From an uncultured delta proteobacterium (GTDB taxonomy: Bacteria; Myxococcota_A; Polyangia; Polyangiales; Polyangiaceae), in NCBI GenBank assembly GCA_963806225.1, contig CAWDXG010000004.1, positions 2,752,001 through 2,816,000 of the forward strand: DNA of 64,000 nt, in the 5' to 3' direction. The position numbers and the translations under genes were made by a program. Shown piece after piece: positions 38,772-49,475 of this stretch (position 1 is the first letter of the stretch; the number at the start of each line of letters is the position of its first letter). Under the pieces are notes generated by a model, which saw only the letters and a program-made list of their open reading frames with translations, ran no database searches and was not told the origin of the DNA.

Positions 38772-40052
38772 ATGAAGGTTCGTTCCGCTTGCTGGGTCGT
38801 TGGAGTCTCGGTGTCGCTGGCTGCCTGCGGGAGCAGCGCGAACAACAGCGCGGGCAGCGGCGGTTCGGCAGGTGCGGCGGGATACGGCGGCGCGAGCGGC
38901 AACGCGGGCACCGGCGGCAACGCCGGCAAAGCGGGAGCGGGAGCAAGCGCCGGCACCGGCGGCAACGCGGGTGCGGGAGGAAGCGCGGGTGCGGGCGGGG
39001 CCGGCGGATCGGGTGGCGCGAGCGGCTCGAAGAAGTGGTCGATGGGCTACTACGCGAGCTGGGCCGCGAGCCAGCTTCCGGTGAGCGCGATCGAGTGGTC
39101 GGGGATGACGCACGTGGCGATGTCGTTCTACACGCCGCACGCGGACGGCAGCCTGACCCTGATGGCGGGCAACGCGACGCTGGCCAAAGAGCTCGTCGAC
39201 GCGGCGCACGCGCACGGCGTGAAGGCCATCGCGTCGATCGGCGGGGCGGGCTCGGGCTCCGACTTCCAGAACGCGTCGGGTTCGATGCAGGCGTTCGTGA
39301 AGAACCTGGGCGCGCTGCTCGCCGACCCGGGCTACGACGGGCTCGACTTCGACTGGGAACCGCTGACGACAGCGGACGAGGCGACCGTGACAACTCTGGC
39401 CAAGCAGGTCCGCGCGGCGTACCCGAACGCGATCCTGACGATCCCCATCGGCTACGTGAATCCGAACGCGAAGCCCGATCTCTCCGGCTACACGAGCATC
39501 GCGCAGGCCTTCGACCAGCTGAACATCATGACGTACGGCATGGCCGGCGCGTGGCAGGGCTGGAAGAGCTGGCACTCGAGCGCGATCTACCAGACCGATC
39601 CGGCCACACCGCTCTCGGTCGACTCGAGCGTGCAGCTGTATCTCAAGGCAGGCGTACCCGCCGCGAAGCTCGGCATCGGCATCGGCTTCTACGGCCTGTG
39701 CTATTCAGCGCCCGTCACGGCTCCGGACCAGGCTCTCGGCGGCTCGACGGTGGTCGCCGACGACGGCACCATGAGCTACGCGCACATCATGGGGGCGTAC
39801 TACGGCGCGGGCGCGCGCCAGTGGGACTCGCTCGCACTGGTGCCGTACCTTTCCTTCAGCTCGGCCCACGCGCCCGAAGGCTGCACCTACATCTCCTACG
39901 ACGACGAGCAGTCGATCCAGGAGAAGGGCAAGTACGTCAAGAGCAAGAACCTCGGCGGCGTAATCGAGTGGGAAATCAACGAGGGCTACACGCCGTCGGC
40001 GACGGCGAAAAATCCGCTCTTGACGGCGGTACGCAACAGCGTGTTGAACTGA
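38772..40052 (+). CDS. Glycoside hydrolase family 18 (chitinase-like) lipoprotein
   Basis: LAAC lipobox, Gly linker, SIGG, catalytic DGLDFDWE (DxxDxDxE), IMTY, ISYDD, GGVIEWEI. Confidence 0.93.
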   Translation: MKVRSACWVVGVSVSLAACGSSANNSAGSGGSAGAAGYGGASGNAGTGGNAGKAGAGASAGTGGNAGAGGSAGAGGAGGSGGASGSKKWSMGYYASWAASQLPVSAIEWSGMTHVAMSFYTPHADGSLTLMAGNATLAKELVDAAHAHGVKAIASIGGAGSGSDFQNASGSMQAFVKNLGALLADPGYDGLDFDWEPLTTADEATVTTLAKQVRAAYPNAILTIPIGYVNPNAKPDLSGYTSIAQAFDQLNIMTYGMAGAWQGWKSWHSSAIYQTDPATPLSVDSSVQLYLKAGVPAAKLGIGIGFYGLCYSAPVTAPDQALGGSTVVADDGTMSYAHIMGAYYGAGARQWDSLALVPYLSFSSAHAPEGCTYISYDDEQSIQEKGKYVKSKNLGGVIEWEINEGYTPSATAKNPLLTAVRNSVLN

Positions 40053-40071
40053 GCGCTCAGCGGACCGGGGG

Positions 40072-40617
40072 GTGGACCGAACGGGCGTGGATGTGACGGT
40101 GAACGCCCGCATGCGCTACGCCCTGATCTGCGACACGCAGCTGGCCAATTGGGATAACCGCGGCAACGAGATCGACTACGTGGCCGCCGCGACGTGCCAG
40201 GGCGGAGGCTGCGGGGCGCAGAACGCGCTGGTCTGCGCGGACCAGAGCTGCACGCAGCCAGGCGACGTGAGCAAGTGCGGGTCGAGCTGCTCGTCGTGCA
40301 GCGCGCCGTCGAATGGCTACCCGACCTGCCCCAGCGGCAGCTGCGGCTACTCCTGCTTCGACTCGCAGCAGGCCATCTGCGGCGGTTGCTATCCGTCGGA
40401 CTATTCGGAAAAGTGCGGCGGCTGCTACCAGAACAGTGACCCCAACCACTGCGGGTCGAGTTGTCTGGTGTGCGATCCTCCGACCGGCAACTCCACGCTG
40501 GACTGCGACTATCCCGGCCATGCCGGCTGCTGCTGCTACACGTGCAGCAGCGGCAAGTACTGCTGCGAGTGCCCGGGCCCCGTCGGTTTCGTCTGCTCGG
40601 GCACGACCTGCCCGTAG
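40072..40617 (+). CDS. Small Cys-rich protein (28 Cys/181 aa), possibly a 5'-truncated remnant
   Basis: D..(K/H)CG.SC..C repeats, GC3-rich codons, no signal peptide; start uncertain (40072 or 40111). Confidence 0.6.
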   Translation: MDRTGVDVTVNARMRYALICDTQLANWDNRGNEIDYVAAATCQGGGCGAQNALVCADQSCTQPGDVSKCGSSCSSCSAPSNGYPTCPSGSCGYSCFDSQQAICGGCYPSDYSEKCGGCYQNSDPNHCGSSCLVCDPPTGNSTLDCDYPGHAGCCCYTCSSGKYCCECPGPVGFVCSGTTCP

Positions 40618-40722
40618 CGGCGCGTGCCAGCGAGGCTTCGCGCCCGGGCTCCACGCGCCGCTCGAGCGCACCCGGGAATTTCGAGCTGGACGCTACGAGC
40701 GCGAAGTCCTACCCCACTGCAC

Positions 40723-41778
40723 GTGGCCTATCCGACGCGTTTCGAAAGCTCCTACGACCTCGCCCAGCTTCCCTGGTTCGACGTGGTGGACGGGCGGCTG
40801 GTGGTGGATTCCGGAATCCCGCCGGCGATCGACGTGCACACGCACCTCGCGCTCGCCTATGTCGTGCGGCAGCGGCTCGATCTGGAACGCGAGTGGCCCG
40901 AGACCGAACACTATCTGCCGCTGGCGAGCACGCTGGATCTGGACGTGTACGCCAACGTGAATTTCTCGCCCGGCGATCTCTCGAAGATGAAGCGCGATCT
41001 GACGCTGGGTGCGGTCACCGCCGGCGGCATGCGCCGCACCCACACCCTGCCGAATCTGGCGCGCGAGATGAAGGAGCTGGGCGTGGTGGGCTCGGTGCTG
41101 CTCGCCATCGACTACCCGTTCCTGAGCGACAACGCGGGCGACTGGCTCCGGGCGGCGAACGGACGCGACGACTTCGTCGTGTTCGGCTCGGTGCATCCCT
41201 ACAAGCCGCACATGGAAAGGGAGCTGGACCGCCAGGTCGCCCTCGGCGCCAGAGGCATCAAGGTGCATCCGGCGGTGCAGACGGTGCTGCCGAGCGACCG
41301 CCGCGCCATGAAACTGTACCGCGCCTGCGGCCGCCGCGGCCTTCCGGTGCTGTTCCACTGCGGGCCGGTCGCCATCGAGCCGCCGCTGGGGCGCTGGTTG
41401 TCGCAGGTGCGGCACTATGAAAAGCCGCTTCGAGAGACGCCGGAGACCACTTTCGTGCTCGGGCACTCGGGCGCGCTCCAGCTGGATGCCGGCATCGAGC
41501 TCGCGCGCAGCTACGACAACGTGTACGTGGAGATCGCCAGCCAGTCGCTCACGGGCGTGCGGAAGATCCTCGAGAGCGTCGACCCATCCCGCATCCTGTT
41601 CGGCAGCGACTGGCCCTTCTATCACCAGAGCATGCCGCTGGCGAAGCTGCTGATCGCGACCGAAGGCGCGCCGGAGCTCCGCGACAGGATCCTGTACCGG
41701 AACGCGGCAAGGCTCCTGGGCTTGAGCCCCGAAGCGTTGCTCGCGCTTCGCGCATCCGCCGACGAAAACCGCCGCTGA
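40723..41778 (+). CDS. Amidohydrolase_2 family metallo-hydrolase
   Basis: IDVHTH, GSVHP, GIKVHP, PVLFHCG, LGHSG, LFGSDWPF. Confidence 0.9.
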   Translation: MAYPTRFESSYDLAQLPWFDVVDGRLVVDSGIPPAIDVHTHLALAYVVRQRLDLEREWPETEHYLPLASTLDLDVYANVNFSPGDLSKMKRDLTLGAVTAGGMRRTHTLPNLAREMKELGVVGSVLLAIDYPFLSDNAGDWLRAANGRDDFVVFGSVHPYKPHMERELDRQVALGARGIKVHPAVQTVLPSDRRAMKLYRACGRRGLPVLFHCGPVAIEPPLGRWLSQVRHYEKPLRETPETTFVLGHSGALQLDAGIELARSYDNVYVEIASQSLTGVRKILESVDPSRILFGSDWPFYHQSMPLAKLLIATEGAPELRDRILYRNAARLLGLSPEALLALRASADENRR

Positions 41779-41800
41779 CGTTCCGGGACCGCGCGCGGGG

Positions 41801-42748
41801 TCAGCGTTCGGCGTGGAGCGCGACCTGGCGGATGGGCGGGCCCGGAACCGGCGTCCGCTTGACGAGCTCGTCGTGGAACGCCTGCCACTGGCTCTTGTCG
41901 AGCGTGGCCACGGCCGACTGGAAGCCGTTGTACGGCGTGCCCGCCATGGCGACCGGCGCAAAAGCGTCCAGCTTGCTGCGCCAGTCGGGGACCTGCGAGA
42001 GCACGAGAGCGGCCCGCACGGGATCCGCGATCAGCCTGCGGCAGAGCGCGGCTCCGACGCCGGTGTCGGAGAGCGGCGGGATCCGGAGTCTGGGCGGAGC
42101 GTCGTACTCGGCCGCCATGTGCTTCAGGACGATGGGGACCGCCACCTTGTTGGGTTCGCGGTTGCCCGCGGACAGGTGGTATTTCGCGTCGAGCTGCTTG
42201 ATTCCCTCGACCGGGTCGTCTTTGTGCTCGAACTTGCCGAGGGACTGCACGTAGTGGGACAGCGCGAAACGGTCCGCGGGCGACATCGTATCGAACGCCG
42301 GCATGGCCGTCCCCTGGATGCCTTCGCTGAGGGTCGTGTAGATGTCGGCGAGCGTGTATCCGCGCGTCCAGCCCTGCGGGCTCGCGAAGTTCCGCGGCGG
42401 GGGCTTCAGCGACGCGGCCGCAGGGCCGTCACCCTTGCCGGTTGCGCCGTGGCAGGCGCTGCAGCCCGCGTCGAACAGCTCCTTGCCATGGGCCAGCGCC
42501 TTCGGAGTCGCCTTGAACATCGCGGTGAGGTCGAGACCGGGCGTCCCCTTGCCCACCACGGTCGCGAAGATGGTGGGATCGGGCTCTGAGCGTGCCGGTG
42601 TTGTGGCCTGCCGGTACGAAAGCCGCCTGGAACCGTGCCCGCGTAGGAGTGCGCTCCCTGCGGCGATGGCGAGCGTGCCCGCCACGAGTACGCCGACCAG
42701 AACGGCAACGATTCTCTTCGAGTCCTCGGACATTTCCCGTTCCTTCAT
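41801..42748 (-). CDS. Membrane-anchored monoheme cytochrome c (last gene of the ACIII operon)
   Basis: N-terminal TM, CSACHG..GKGDGP...PPRNF...GTAMPAF; ATGA overlap with actF. Confidence 0.88.
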   Translation of the reverse strand: MKEREMSEDSKRIVAVLVGVLVAGTLAIAAGSALLRGHGSRRLSYRQATTPARSEPDPTIFATVVGKGTPGLDLTAMFKATPKALAHGKELFDAGCSACHGATGKGDGPAAASLKPPPRNFASPQGWTRGYTLADIYTTLSEGIQGTAMPAFDTMSPADRFALSHYVQSLGKFEHKDDPVEGIKQLDAKYHLSAGNREPNKVAVPIVLKHMAAEYDAPPRLRIPPLSDTGVGAALCRRLIADPVRAALVLSQVPDWRSKLDAFAPVAMAGTPYNGFQSAVATLDKSQWQAFHDELVKRTPVPGPPIRQVALHAER

Positions 42749-43887
42749 TGAAGATGGAAATCGAGCGCAGCGGCCAGGAACGGATCACCCACGGGCGTGT
42801 CTTCTCCCCTGGACATTGCCCGTCCCACCACGAGCAGACCTGCCGCAAGGAAGAAGATTGCGAACGTCAACTCGGGCCATCCCAGGTGGAGCCCCTTCCC
42901 GAGGATGGGCGAGATCAACCAGAAGACGTCGACGAAGCCCATGAAGACCACCCAGATGGCGACCCAGCGCAGTCGCTTCCAGTTCTTCTTGTTCTCCCGG
43001 GTCATCAGCGCAAAGAACGGCACGAAGAAGTGCCCGATGCCCAACAGGATGAAGACGGGCTGCATCGCGCCGCCCGTGCGCTGCCGGAACCAGAAGACCT
43101 CGGACGGCAGGTCCGCGTACCACTGGAGCAGATACTGCGAGAACGCGATATAGCCCCAGAAGACGGTGAACCCGAACAGGAGGCCGCCGAGGTTGTACAG
43201 GTGGTCGCCTGTGACGCCGGGAAGGCGTCCGCGGCGCTGGAGGTAGATGACAGCCAGAAGCGTCGCGCCAAGCGCGGACGTGGTCGCCCCCGCGAAGAGG
43301 TAGACCCCGAATATGTCGCTGTACCAGGTCGCTTCGAGGCTGGACACCCAGTCGAACGAGAAGTTCGTGATGGTCAGCGCGAGGACGATCATGAACACAG
43401 GCGCGTAGCGGCGGAGCTTGACGGTAATCGTCGGATCGCGCGCCACGTCCTGCTTCATCGACCCCCTGACGAGGATTGCGTAGGAAAGCACCCAGAGAGC
43501 AAGGCAGACCACCAGCCGGATGATGAAGAACGGATAGTTGAGCCAGTGAGCCTTGAGAACGAGCGGAGTGCTCGAAGCAGCGGCCGGCTGCGTCCACGAG
43601 AAGACGACGGGCAGGGAGAACAGGGCGAAGAGCCCCACCGGCACGAGCCAGAGCGTCAGGACGGCGATCCTCTCGGGAGCCCGACGCAGCACGACGCTCC
43701 AGGTGGCGCCGGTCAGATGCTGCAGGGCAACCAGGAACAGCGCCCCAAGCGCGAGGCACGCCATGAACACGAACCACACGAGCCAGTTCGTCCAGAAACG
43801 CGGTGCGCCTTCGAGGAAGTAGGTGGCCACGACGCCTACGGCGCCGAGGCCCGCCAATGCCCACAGAGTCAGTCTTGCGCGGTTCAT
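42745..43887 (-). CDS. actF: Alternative complex III membrane subunit F
   Basis: LQHLTGATWS, DWVSSLE..WYSDIFG, FWGYIAFSQY..QWYADLP, GDPFL; operon position. Confidence 0.9.
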   Translation of the reverse strand: MNRARLTLWALAGLGAVGVVATYFLEGAPRFWTNWLVWFVFMACLALGALFLVALQHLTGATWSVVLRRAPERIAVLTLWLVPVGLFALFSLPVVFSWTQPAAASSTPLVLKAHWLNYPFFIIRLVVCLALWVLSYAILVRGSMKQDVARDPTITVKLRRYAPVFMIVLALTITNFSFDWVSSLEATWYSDIFGVYLFAGATTSALGATLLAVIYLQRRGRLPGVTGDHLYNLGGLLFGFTVFWGYIAFSQYLLQWYADLPSEVFWFRQRTGGAMQPVFILLGIGHFFVPFFALMTRENKKNWKRLRWVAIWVVFMGFVDVFWLISPILGKGLHLGWPELTFAIFFLAAGLLVVGRAMSRGEDTPVGDPFLAAALDFHLQ

Positions 43888-43889
43888 GG

Positions 43890-45101
43890 TCAGTTGGTGT
43901 GTAGAGAGGTGGTGGAGTTGTCGTGGGAGCTAGCGAAACGCTGCAGCGGCTTCGCGCTTCGTGAACGCGCGGCTAACTCATCCCTGGCCGGCGCGTCCTG
44001 CGATCGCTGGAGCGCCCTGACGTAGCGGACGATCGCCCAGCGGTCGTCCTGCGAGATGTCCGCGGCGTAGCCGGGCATCGTGTTGTACCCCTTCGAGATG
44101 ACCCAGTAGAGCAAGCCATCAGATGCGTTGCGCATCGTCGACGAGTGCAGATTGGCTGGCTTCGCCGTGTACTTCTTGTCGAGCCACGCGTTGCCCGTTC
44201 CGAGCTTGTCGTGGCACACGGCACAGTGCACGTTGAACATCCTCCTGCCGCGCGCGAGGACCTCCGCCGTGACCGGAAGCGGATCGACGAGCGCCTTCCC
44301 TCCCTCTTCGGGCGTCGTAGCGACGATGGGCATGTAGGCGCGGGCTACCGTACCGACCGGCGGACGCTGCATGCCCCGCCCACTCACGAAGAAACGGTCC
44401 GCCGCTTCCGGGCCTAGCCTGGGCTGGTCCGCCATCTCGACATACGGCTTGACGGTGGGAACGGTCCTCTCGGCCCAGGACACGCCGCCTCCCGCCACCA
44501 CGCACGCCGCCGCAATTCCGGCGACGGTCTTCGCCCACCAGCCGAATCCGACCTTCGGGTGGCTGGGCATCGGAATGGATTCGATGGCTTCGCCTCCCGC
44601 GGCGGCGAGCGCGGCGGCCGCAGCCGACGTGTCCAGCTCTCCGTCGAGCGGCAGGATCACCAGCGCGAAGCGGTCCCGGGAGATGTCGAGGCCGGCCTTG
44701 CTCCCGAGCACCGGGTCGCCGAAAAACGGTAGCTTGTTGAAGACGAACAGCGTGCCCAGGCCGGCCGTGAACGTCCCGAACAGGATGGTCGCCTCGAAGG
44801 CCACCGGAATCCAGCCCTGCCAGCCGTTGTACGGCTTGCCGGCCATATGGAGCGGGTAGCTGACGGTGCTGGTCCACCACTCGAAGGCGAGCGCCGAGAG
44901 CGCGCCCACCAGCGCCATGATGAACACCAGAACGCCGACCTTCGACTTTCCGAGACCCAGGGCCTCGTCCAGGCCGTGCACCGGGTAGGGCGTGTACGCC
45001 TCGAGGCTGGTGAAGCCATCGTCCTTGACCTTGGGGATCGCCTCCAGAAGCTCCTTGTCGCTCTGGAAGAGCCCCAGCACCCCGAACACCTGCTCACGCA
45101 T
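43890..45101 (-). CDS. actD: Alternative complex III ActD-ActE fusion (DUF3341 + monoheme cytochrome c)
   Basis: EAYTPYPVHGLDEALG, GKP...FE.TILF (ActD), then M.DQP...PPVGTVAR, CAVCH, MPGYA...DRWAIVRYVRALQ (ActE). Confidence 0.9.
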   Translation of the reverse strand: MREQVFGVLGLFQSDKELLEAIPKVKDDGFTSLEAYTPYPVHGLDEALGLGKSKVGVLVFIMALVGALSALAFEWWTSTVSYPLHMAGKPYNGWQGWIPVAFEATILFGTFTAGLGTLFVFNKLPFFGDPVLGSKAGLDISRDRFALVILPLDGELDTSAAAAALAAAGGEAIESIPMPSHPKVGFGWWAKTVAGIAAACVVAGGGVSWAERTVPTVKPYVEMADQPRLGPEAADRFFVSGRGMQRPPVGTVARAYMPIVATTPEEGGKALVDPLPVTAEVLARGRRMFNVHCAVCHDKLGTGNAWLDKKYTAKPANLHSSTMRNASDGLLYWVISKGYNTMPGYAADISQDDRWAIVRYVRALQRSQDAPARDELAARSRSAKPLQRFASSHDNSTTSLHTN

Positions 45102-46512
45102 GGCCGGCCTCCTGCTGCGCCTGCTCGCGGGCGATATCGGGCTTCACCTCCCAGGTCGCGATGATGGGCATCTTCCTCAGGAAGAACAGCAGCATCGTCA
45201 GGAACATGCCGATGGATCCGATCAGGATGGCGAAGTCGATCGGTGTCGGCAGATAGGTGCCCCACGTCGCCGGCACGAAGTCGTGGTGCAACGACAGGAT
45301 GATGATGGTGTAGCGCTCCATCCACATCCCCAGCGTCACGCCCGCGGACACCACCACCATGACCGGCACCGACCGGCGGAACTTCTTGACCCACAAGAGC
45401 TGGGGCAACAGAACGTTGAAGAAGATCGTGATGCAGCCCGCCCACCACTGATCGCCGAAGACGTAGTTGGCAAAGATGGAGCGCGTGAAGTGGTCGGAGC
45501 TGTACCAGGCCGTAAAGCCTTCCATGAGGTAGGCGTACCCCATGACGCAGGACAGGAAGAGGACCATCCTGTTCAGGAGATCCATGTGCCTGAGAGTGAT
45601 GTAGCTCTGCAGGTTCATGATCCTGCGTACGAACGCAAACACCAGCACGACGCCCGCGAACCCGGAGAAGGCAGCGCCCACGACGAAGTAGGGCGGGAAG
45701 ATCGTCATGTGCCAACCGGGCACGATCGACGAGGCGAAATCCATCGACACGATGCTGTGGACGCTGAGCGCGAGGGTCGTGGTTAGCCCGGCGAGGATCA
45801 GATAGGCCTTCTCGTAGTGAAGCCACTGCCGTGCTCTGCCCGCCCAGCCCAGGCTGAGCAGGTTGAACACCGCCCGCTTTACCCTGCTTTTCACCCTTCC
45901 GCGCAGGGAGGCGAAGTCGGGAATCAGGCCCAGGTACCAGAACAGCACCGACACGCTGAAGTACGTGACGACCGCACAGACATCCCAGATCAAAGGCGAG
46001 CGGAAGTTGACCCATATGTCCCGCTCGTTGGGGTACGGGAACAGCCAGTGCGGCAACCACGGCCGTCCGATGTGGATGGCCGGGAAGACCATGGCGCACA
46101 CGAACGCAAAGACCGTCACGGCTTCCGCGGTCCGGCAGATGGCGTTGCGCCATCGCTGGCGGAACAAGAGGAGGATCACCGAGATCAGCGTTCCGGCGTG
46201 GCCGATGCCGACCCAGAACACGAAGTTGATGATCAGAAAGCCCCAGACCACCGGCACGTTGTTTCCCATCGTGCCGATGCCCGTTGTCAGCATGTAGACG
46301 ATGGCGGCGACGCCGACCAGCGACATCAAGCTCGTGATGGTGATGGCGATGTACCAGGCCCTCGGCGGCTTGGCTTCGCTCAGTGCGCGGATGTGATCGT
46401 CCAGACCAGCGATGGAGGCGTCGGCACCGACCAGGGGCTCCGGGCGGAGAGCCGCCGGGAGCTCGGCCCCCGACGTTCGCGTCCAGGCGGGGGTCCTCAT
46501 GGCGTCGGTCAT
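45094..46512 (-). CDS. actC: Alternative complex III subunit C (NrfD/PsrC-type)
   Basis: FVFWVGIGHAGTLIS, HIGRPW, NFRSPLIWD, SVHSIVSMDF, FPPYFV.GA.FSGF, GMWMER. Confidence 0.95.
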   Translation of the reverse strand: MTDAMRTPAWTRTSGAELPAALRPEPLVGADASIAGLDDHIRALSEAKPPRAWYIAITITSLMSLVGVAAIVYMLTTGIGTMGNNVPVVWGFLIINFVFWVGIGHAGTLISVILLLFRQRWRNAICRTAEAVTVFAFVCAMVFPAIHIGRPWLPHWLFPYPNERDIWVNFRSPLIWDVCAVVTYFSVSVLFWYLGLIPDFASLRGRVKSRVKRAVFNLLSLGWAGRARQWLHYEKAYLILAGLTTTLALSVHSIVSMDFASSIVPGWHMTIFPPYFVVGAAFSGFAGVVLVFAFVRRIMNLQSYITLRHMDLLNRMVLFLSCVMGYAYLMEGFTAWYSSDHFTRSIFANYVFGDQWWAGCITIFFNVLLPQLLWVKKFRRSVPVMVVVSAGVTLGMWMERYTIIILSLHHDFVPATWGTYLPTPIDFAILIGSIGMFLTMLLFFLRKMPIIATWEVKPDIAREQAQQEAGHA

Positions 46513-46531
46513 CGTTCTCGTTCCTCCGCGT

Positions 46532-49475
46532 CTAGACAGGGTTCCTGATCTCGGTCAGATACGTGATCGAGGGCCGGATCCCGAGTTCCTCGAGGTACCT
46601 GGAACCGCGGTTGCTTCGGGAAAGCTTCGAGACGCGGCTGTCTGGATCCTCGAGATCACCGAACACGATGGCATCTGCGGGGCAGGCCACGGCGCACGCA
46701 GGACGGATCTCGCCGTCGCGGACCGGGCGCCCCTCGTCCTTGGCGACCTGCACGCCGTTGCGGATGCGCTGCACGCAGAACGTGCATTTCTCCATCACTC
46801 CACGCGGACGGACGGTGACCTCGGGATTGAAGGCGAGGTCGAGCGGTTCCTCGATGAAGCTCGTGTAGTCGAAGAAATTGAAGCGCCTCGACAGGTACGG
46901 GCAGTTCGCGGCGCAGTAACGGACGCCGATGCAGCGGTTGTAGATCTGCTCGTTCAGTCCGTCGTCGCTGTGCACCGTGGCAGCCACCGGGCACACCGAC
47001 TCGCAGGGCGCGTCGTCGCACTGCTGGCACAGACCGAGTGAGTGGGCTACCTGCGGATTTTCCGCCGAGCCCACGTAGTACACGTCACTATGGAGCCAGT
47101 GCATGGTTCTGCCCCGCGCCACCTGTTCGGGTCCCACCACTGCGACGTTGTTCTCGGACTGGCAGGCGATCTGGCAGGAAGCGCAGCCCGTGCAGGCGGA
47201 CAGGTCGATCGCCATGCCCCATTTGTGCTCGGGGAATTCCTGGGGCTTGTTCAGGGTCGGCAGCTTGCGCGCGTCCGGGGGCGGTGCGGCATTCTTCCGG
47301 TATTCGTCCAGAGACCACAGCCGCACGATGTCGCGGCCGTGCATGCCGAACTCGTTCTGCGTGCGCACCAGAGGCTGACGGCCGCCCAGTCTTGCGACGC
47401 GGACACCCGCCCGGAAGAACGGCGTCGAGCCGTCGTCCGCCACGAGCGGGAACACGTTGGCGCCGCGCCCTCCCGCGACCTTTCCTTCGCGGCCGTAGCC
47501 GAGCGCCGCAAACACCGTTCCAGCCGCCTGCCCAGGCTGCACGAGGACCGGCAGCCCAACGCGGCGGCTCCCCGCGCCGATCGACACCATGTCGCCGTCG
47601 GAGACGCCGAGTCTCCTCGCGTCGGCTCTGGAAACAGCCAGATAGTTTCCCCAGCATACCTTCGAGATGGGGTGCGGCAGCTCCTGCAGCCAGCCGATCT
47701 GGGCGTAGCGTCCGTCCCAGATCTTCGACGTCCGGCTCGATGACAAGCTCCATGGCCGAGGCACGCTTGGCGGCGGCCACCTTCGCGGCAGCATCGGAAA
47801 CGACACGCACGTCGAGCTGCCGCGCCGGGCGCGGCGCTGCGCTCAGGCGCAGGACCCCGTCGTGGACCGCCGCGACCCAGTACTGCTCGAAGCTCGCGAG
47901 GGTCCCCTCCGGATAGACCTCTCTCTGCCAGCGCGCCCTCAGGTACTTGCGGTAGTCCGTCTGGACCTGGAGAGAGCCGGGCAGCTTCTTCGCCCATCCG
48001 AGCAGGATCTCCTCGGTCTGGCGCGTCGGGTACAGAGGCCGGATCAGCGGCTGCTGGAGACCGAGCAGGTCCGTGGACGGCTCGAAGTCGTTCCAGCTCT
48101 CGAGCCAGTGGTTCACCGGCAGCACGACGTCGCACCTTCGCGTCGTCTCGTCCTCGAAGAGCGCGAGCGAAACCGTCAGGGGCACTCCGGCGAGGGCCGC
48201 GTTGAACGCGTCGGCGTCCGGGATGCCATACGACGGGTTCGTCTCGTGGAAGATGGCTGCGGCGTACTTCCCCGAACGGAGCTCGCGCGTGAGCTCTGCC
48301 ATCTCCACCGGCGTGGCCAGCGGCACTTCATCGACGGAAAACGCCGTCTCCACGGTGCGCCCTTCCGCGCCGAGCATGCTGTTCAGCAAGGCAACCGCCG
48401 CGTGGGCTTCCCGGGGCAGTGAAGGGCCCGCCAGGACGAGGCTCGCGTCCCCCGCACGGGCCAGGTCGTCGGCCAGCGACGACAGGACCGCTGGCTCCAC
48501 GTGGAAGCGCCTGGCGACTTCGGCGAGACAGAAACGCGCCAGCACGTCGGGCGGCAGGCCCTCGGGAAGCGCCCGTCCGTGCTTTTCGTGCAGGGCCCGC
48601 GCGACGGCGAACGCGATCTGGGCGGCGCCGGAAGGCCGGACCGGGACCCGCACGTCCGCCTTGCCACCCGTGACGCTCATGCCGCTCTCGAATGCGTAGA
48701 GCCGGCTCATGGGGTCGCCGGGCTTTGCCGGTCTGCGGTTCCCGGCAAAGCCCGCCGTCGCTTCGACCGGGTTGCCCATCGCTGCCAGGAAGTCCGCCTC
48801 GAAAGCCGCAATGACCTGGGCCCTGTCCAGGCGATACCGGGGCGTGAGCGCTTCCCCATAGAGCGCCTTCGCAGCCGCGCGATCCGCCAGGCCGAGCGCC
48901 GGCTCCCACGCCACGTGCTTCAGGCCGGGCAGCGCCTTCGCCAGATCCCGGATCACGGCGCGGCGCGTGGGAGAAATTGAAGCGGAAGTGAGGAACAGAA
49001 CGGGCTTCGAGTCGACCGCCGCCTCCCTGAGCACGGCGAGCGCGTGCTCTTCAGCTTCGTTCCAGCTGGCCGCCCGGCCGCGGAGGCGGGGCTCCCGCAG
49101 CCGCTCCGGGTGGTACAGGCTGATGATCTCGGCCTGGGCCCTCGCTGTCGTCTTCCCGTCGAAGAGCGGGTGCTCGTCGTTGCCGTCGATGTGGATGGGG
49201 CGTCCTTCCCGCGCTTTCACGAGAACGCCGTACGGAACGAGCCCCTCCTGGAACGTGCTGGCGTAGTAGTTGGCGACGCCGGGAATGATCTCGGTGGGCT
49301 TCTTCGTGTAGGGGACGATCGTGTCATCGGACGTGCCGGCAGCGGCCGTACCTCCGGCCACGGCGGCGGACGCCGCGACCAGGCTCAAAAAGCCCCGGCG
49401 CGAAACGGACTCCGTTCCGTCCGCGGGTTCACCGGCATCCGCCGGGAGATCAGGGTCCTTCTTCTGCCTACGCAT
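46532..49475 (-). CDS. actB: Alternative complex III subunit B (molybdopterin-oxidoreductase-like + Fe-S domains); frameshifted near 47726
   Basis: Tat motif SRRGFL, GRPIHIDGN..HP, LYHPERL; next frame has DGRYA...WLQELP, CTGCASCQIAC, CQQC..APC..VCP, CIGVRYC..NCPY, EKCTFC. Deleting one base gives IEPDVKIWDGRY. Confidence 0.92.

Noticed and set aside
46532..47806. Separate ActB2 ferredoxin gene with its own start at 47806
   Set aside because: The conserved ...DGRYA..WLQELP stretch continues directly from the upstream ORF after a one-base fix; the ORF-track N-terminus is out-of-frame sequence.
47088..49475. Catalytic molybdoenzyme (nitrate, DMSO or polysulfide reductase)
   Set aside because: The context of pentaheme cytochrome, NrfD-type, DUF3341 and ActF genes identifies ActB, whose molybdopterin-like domain is established as non-catalytic.
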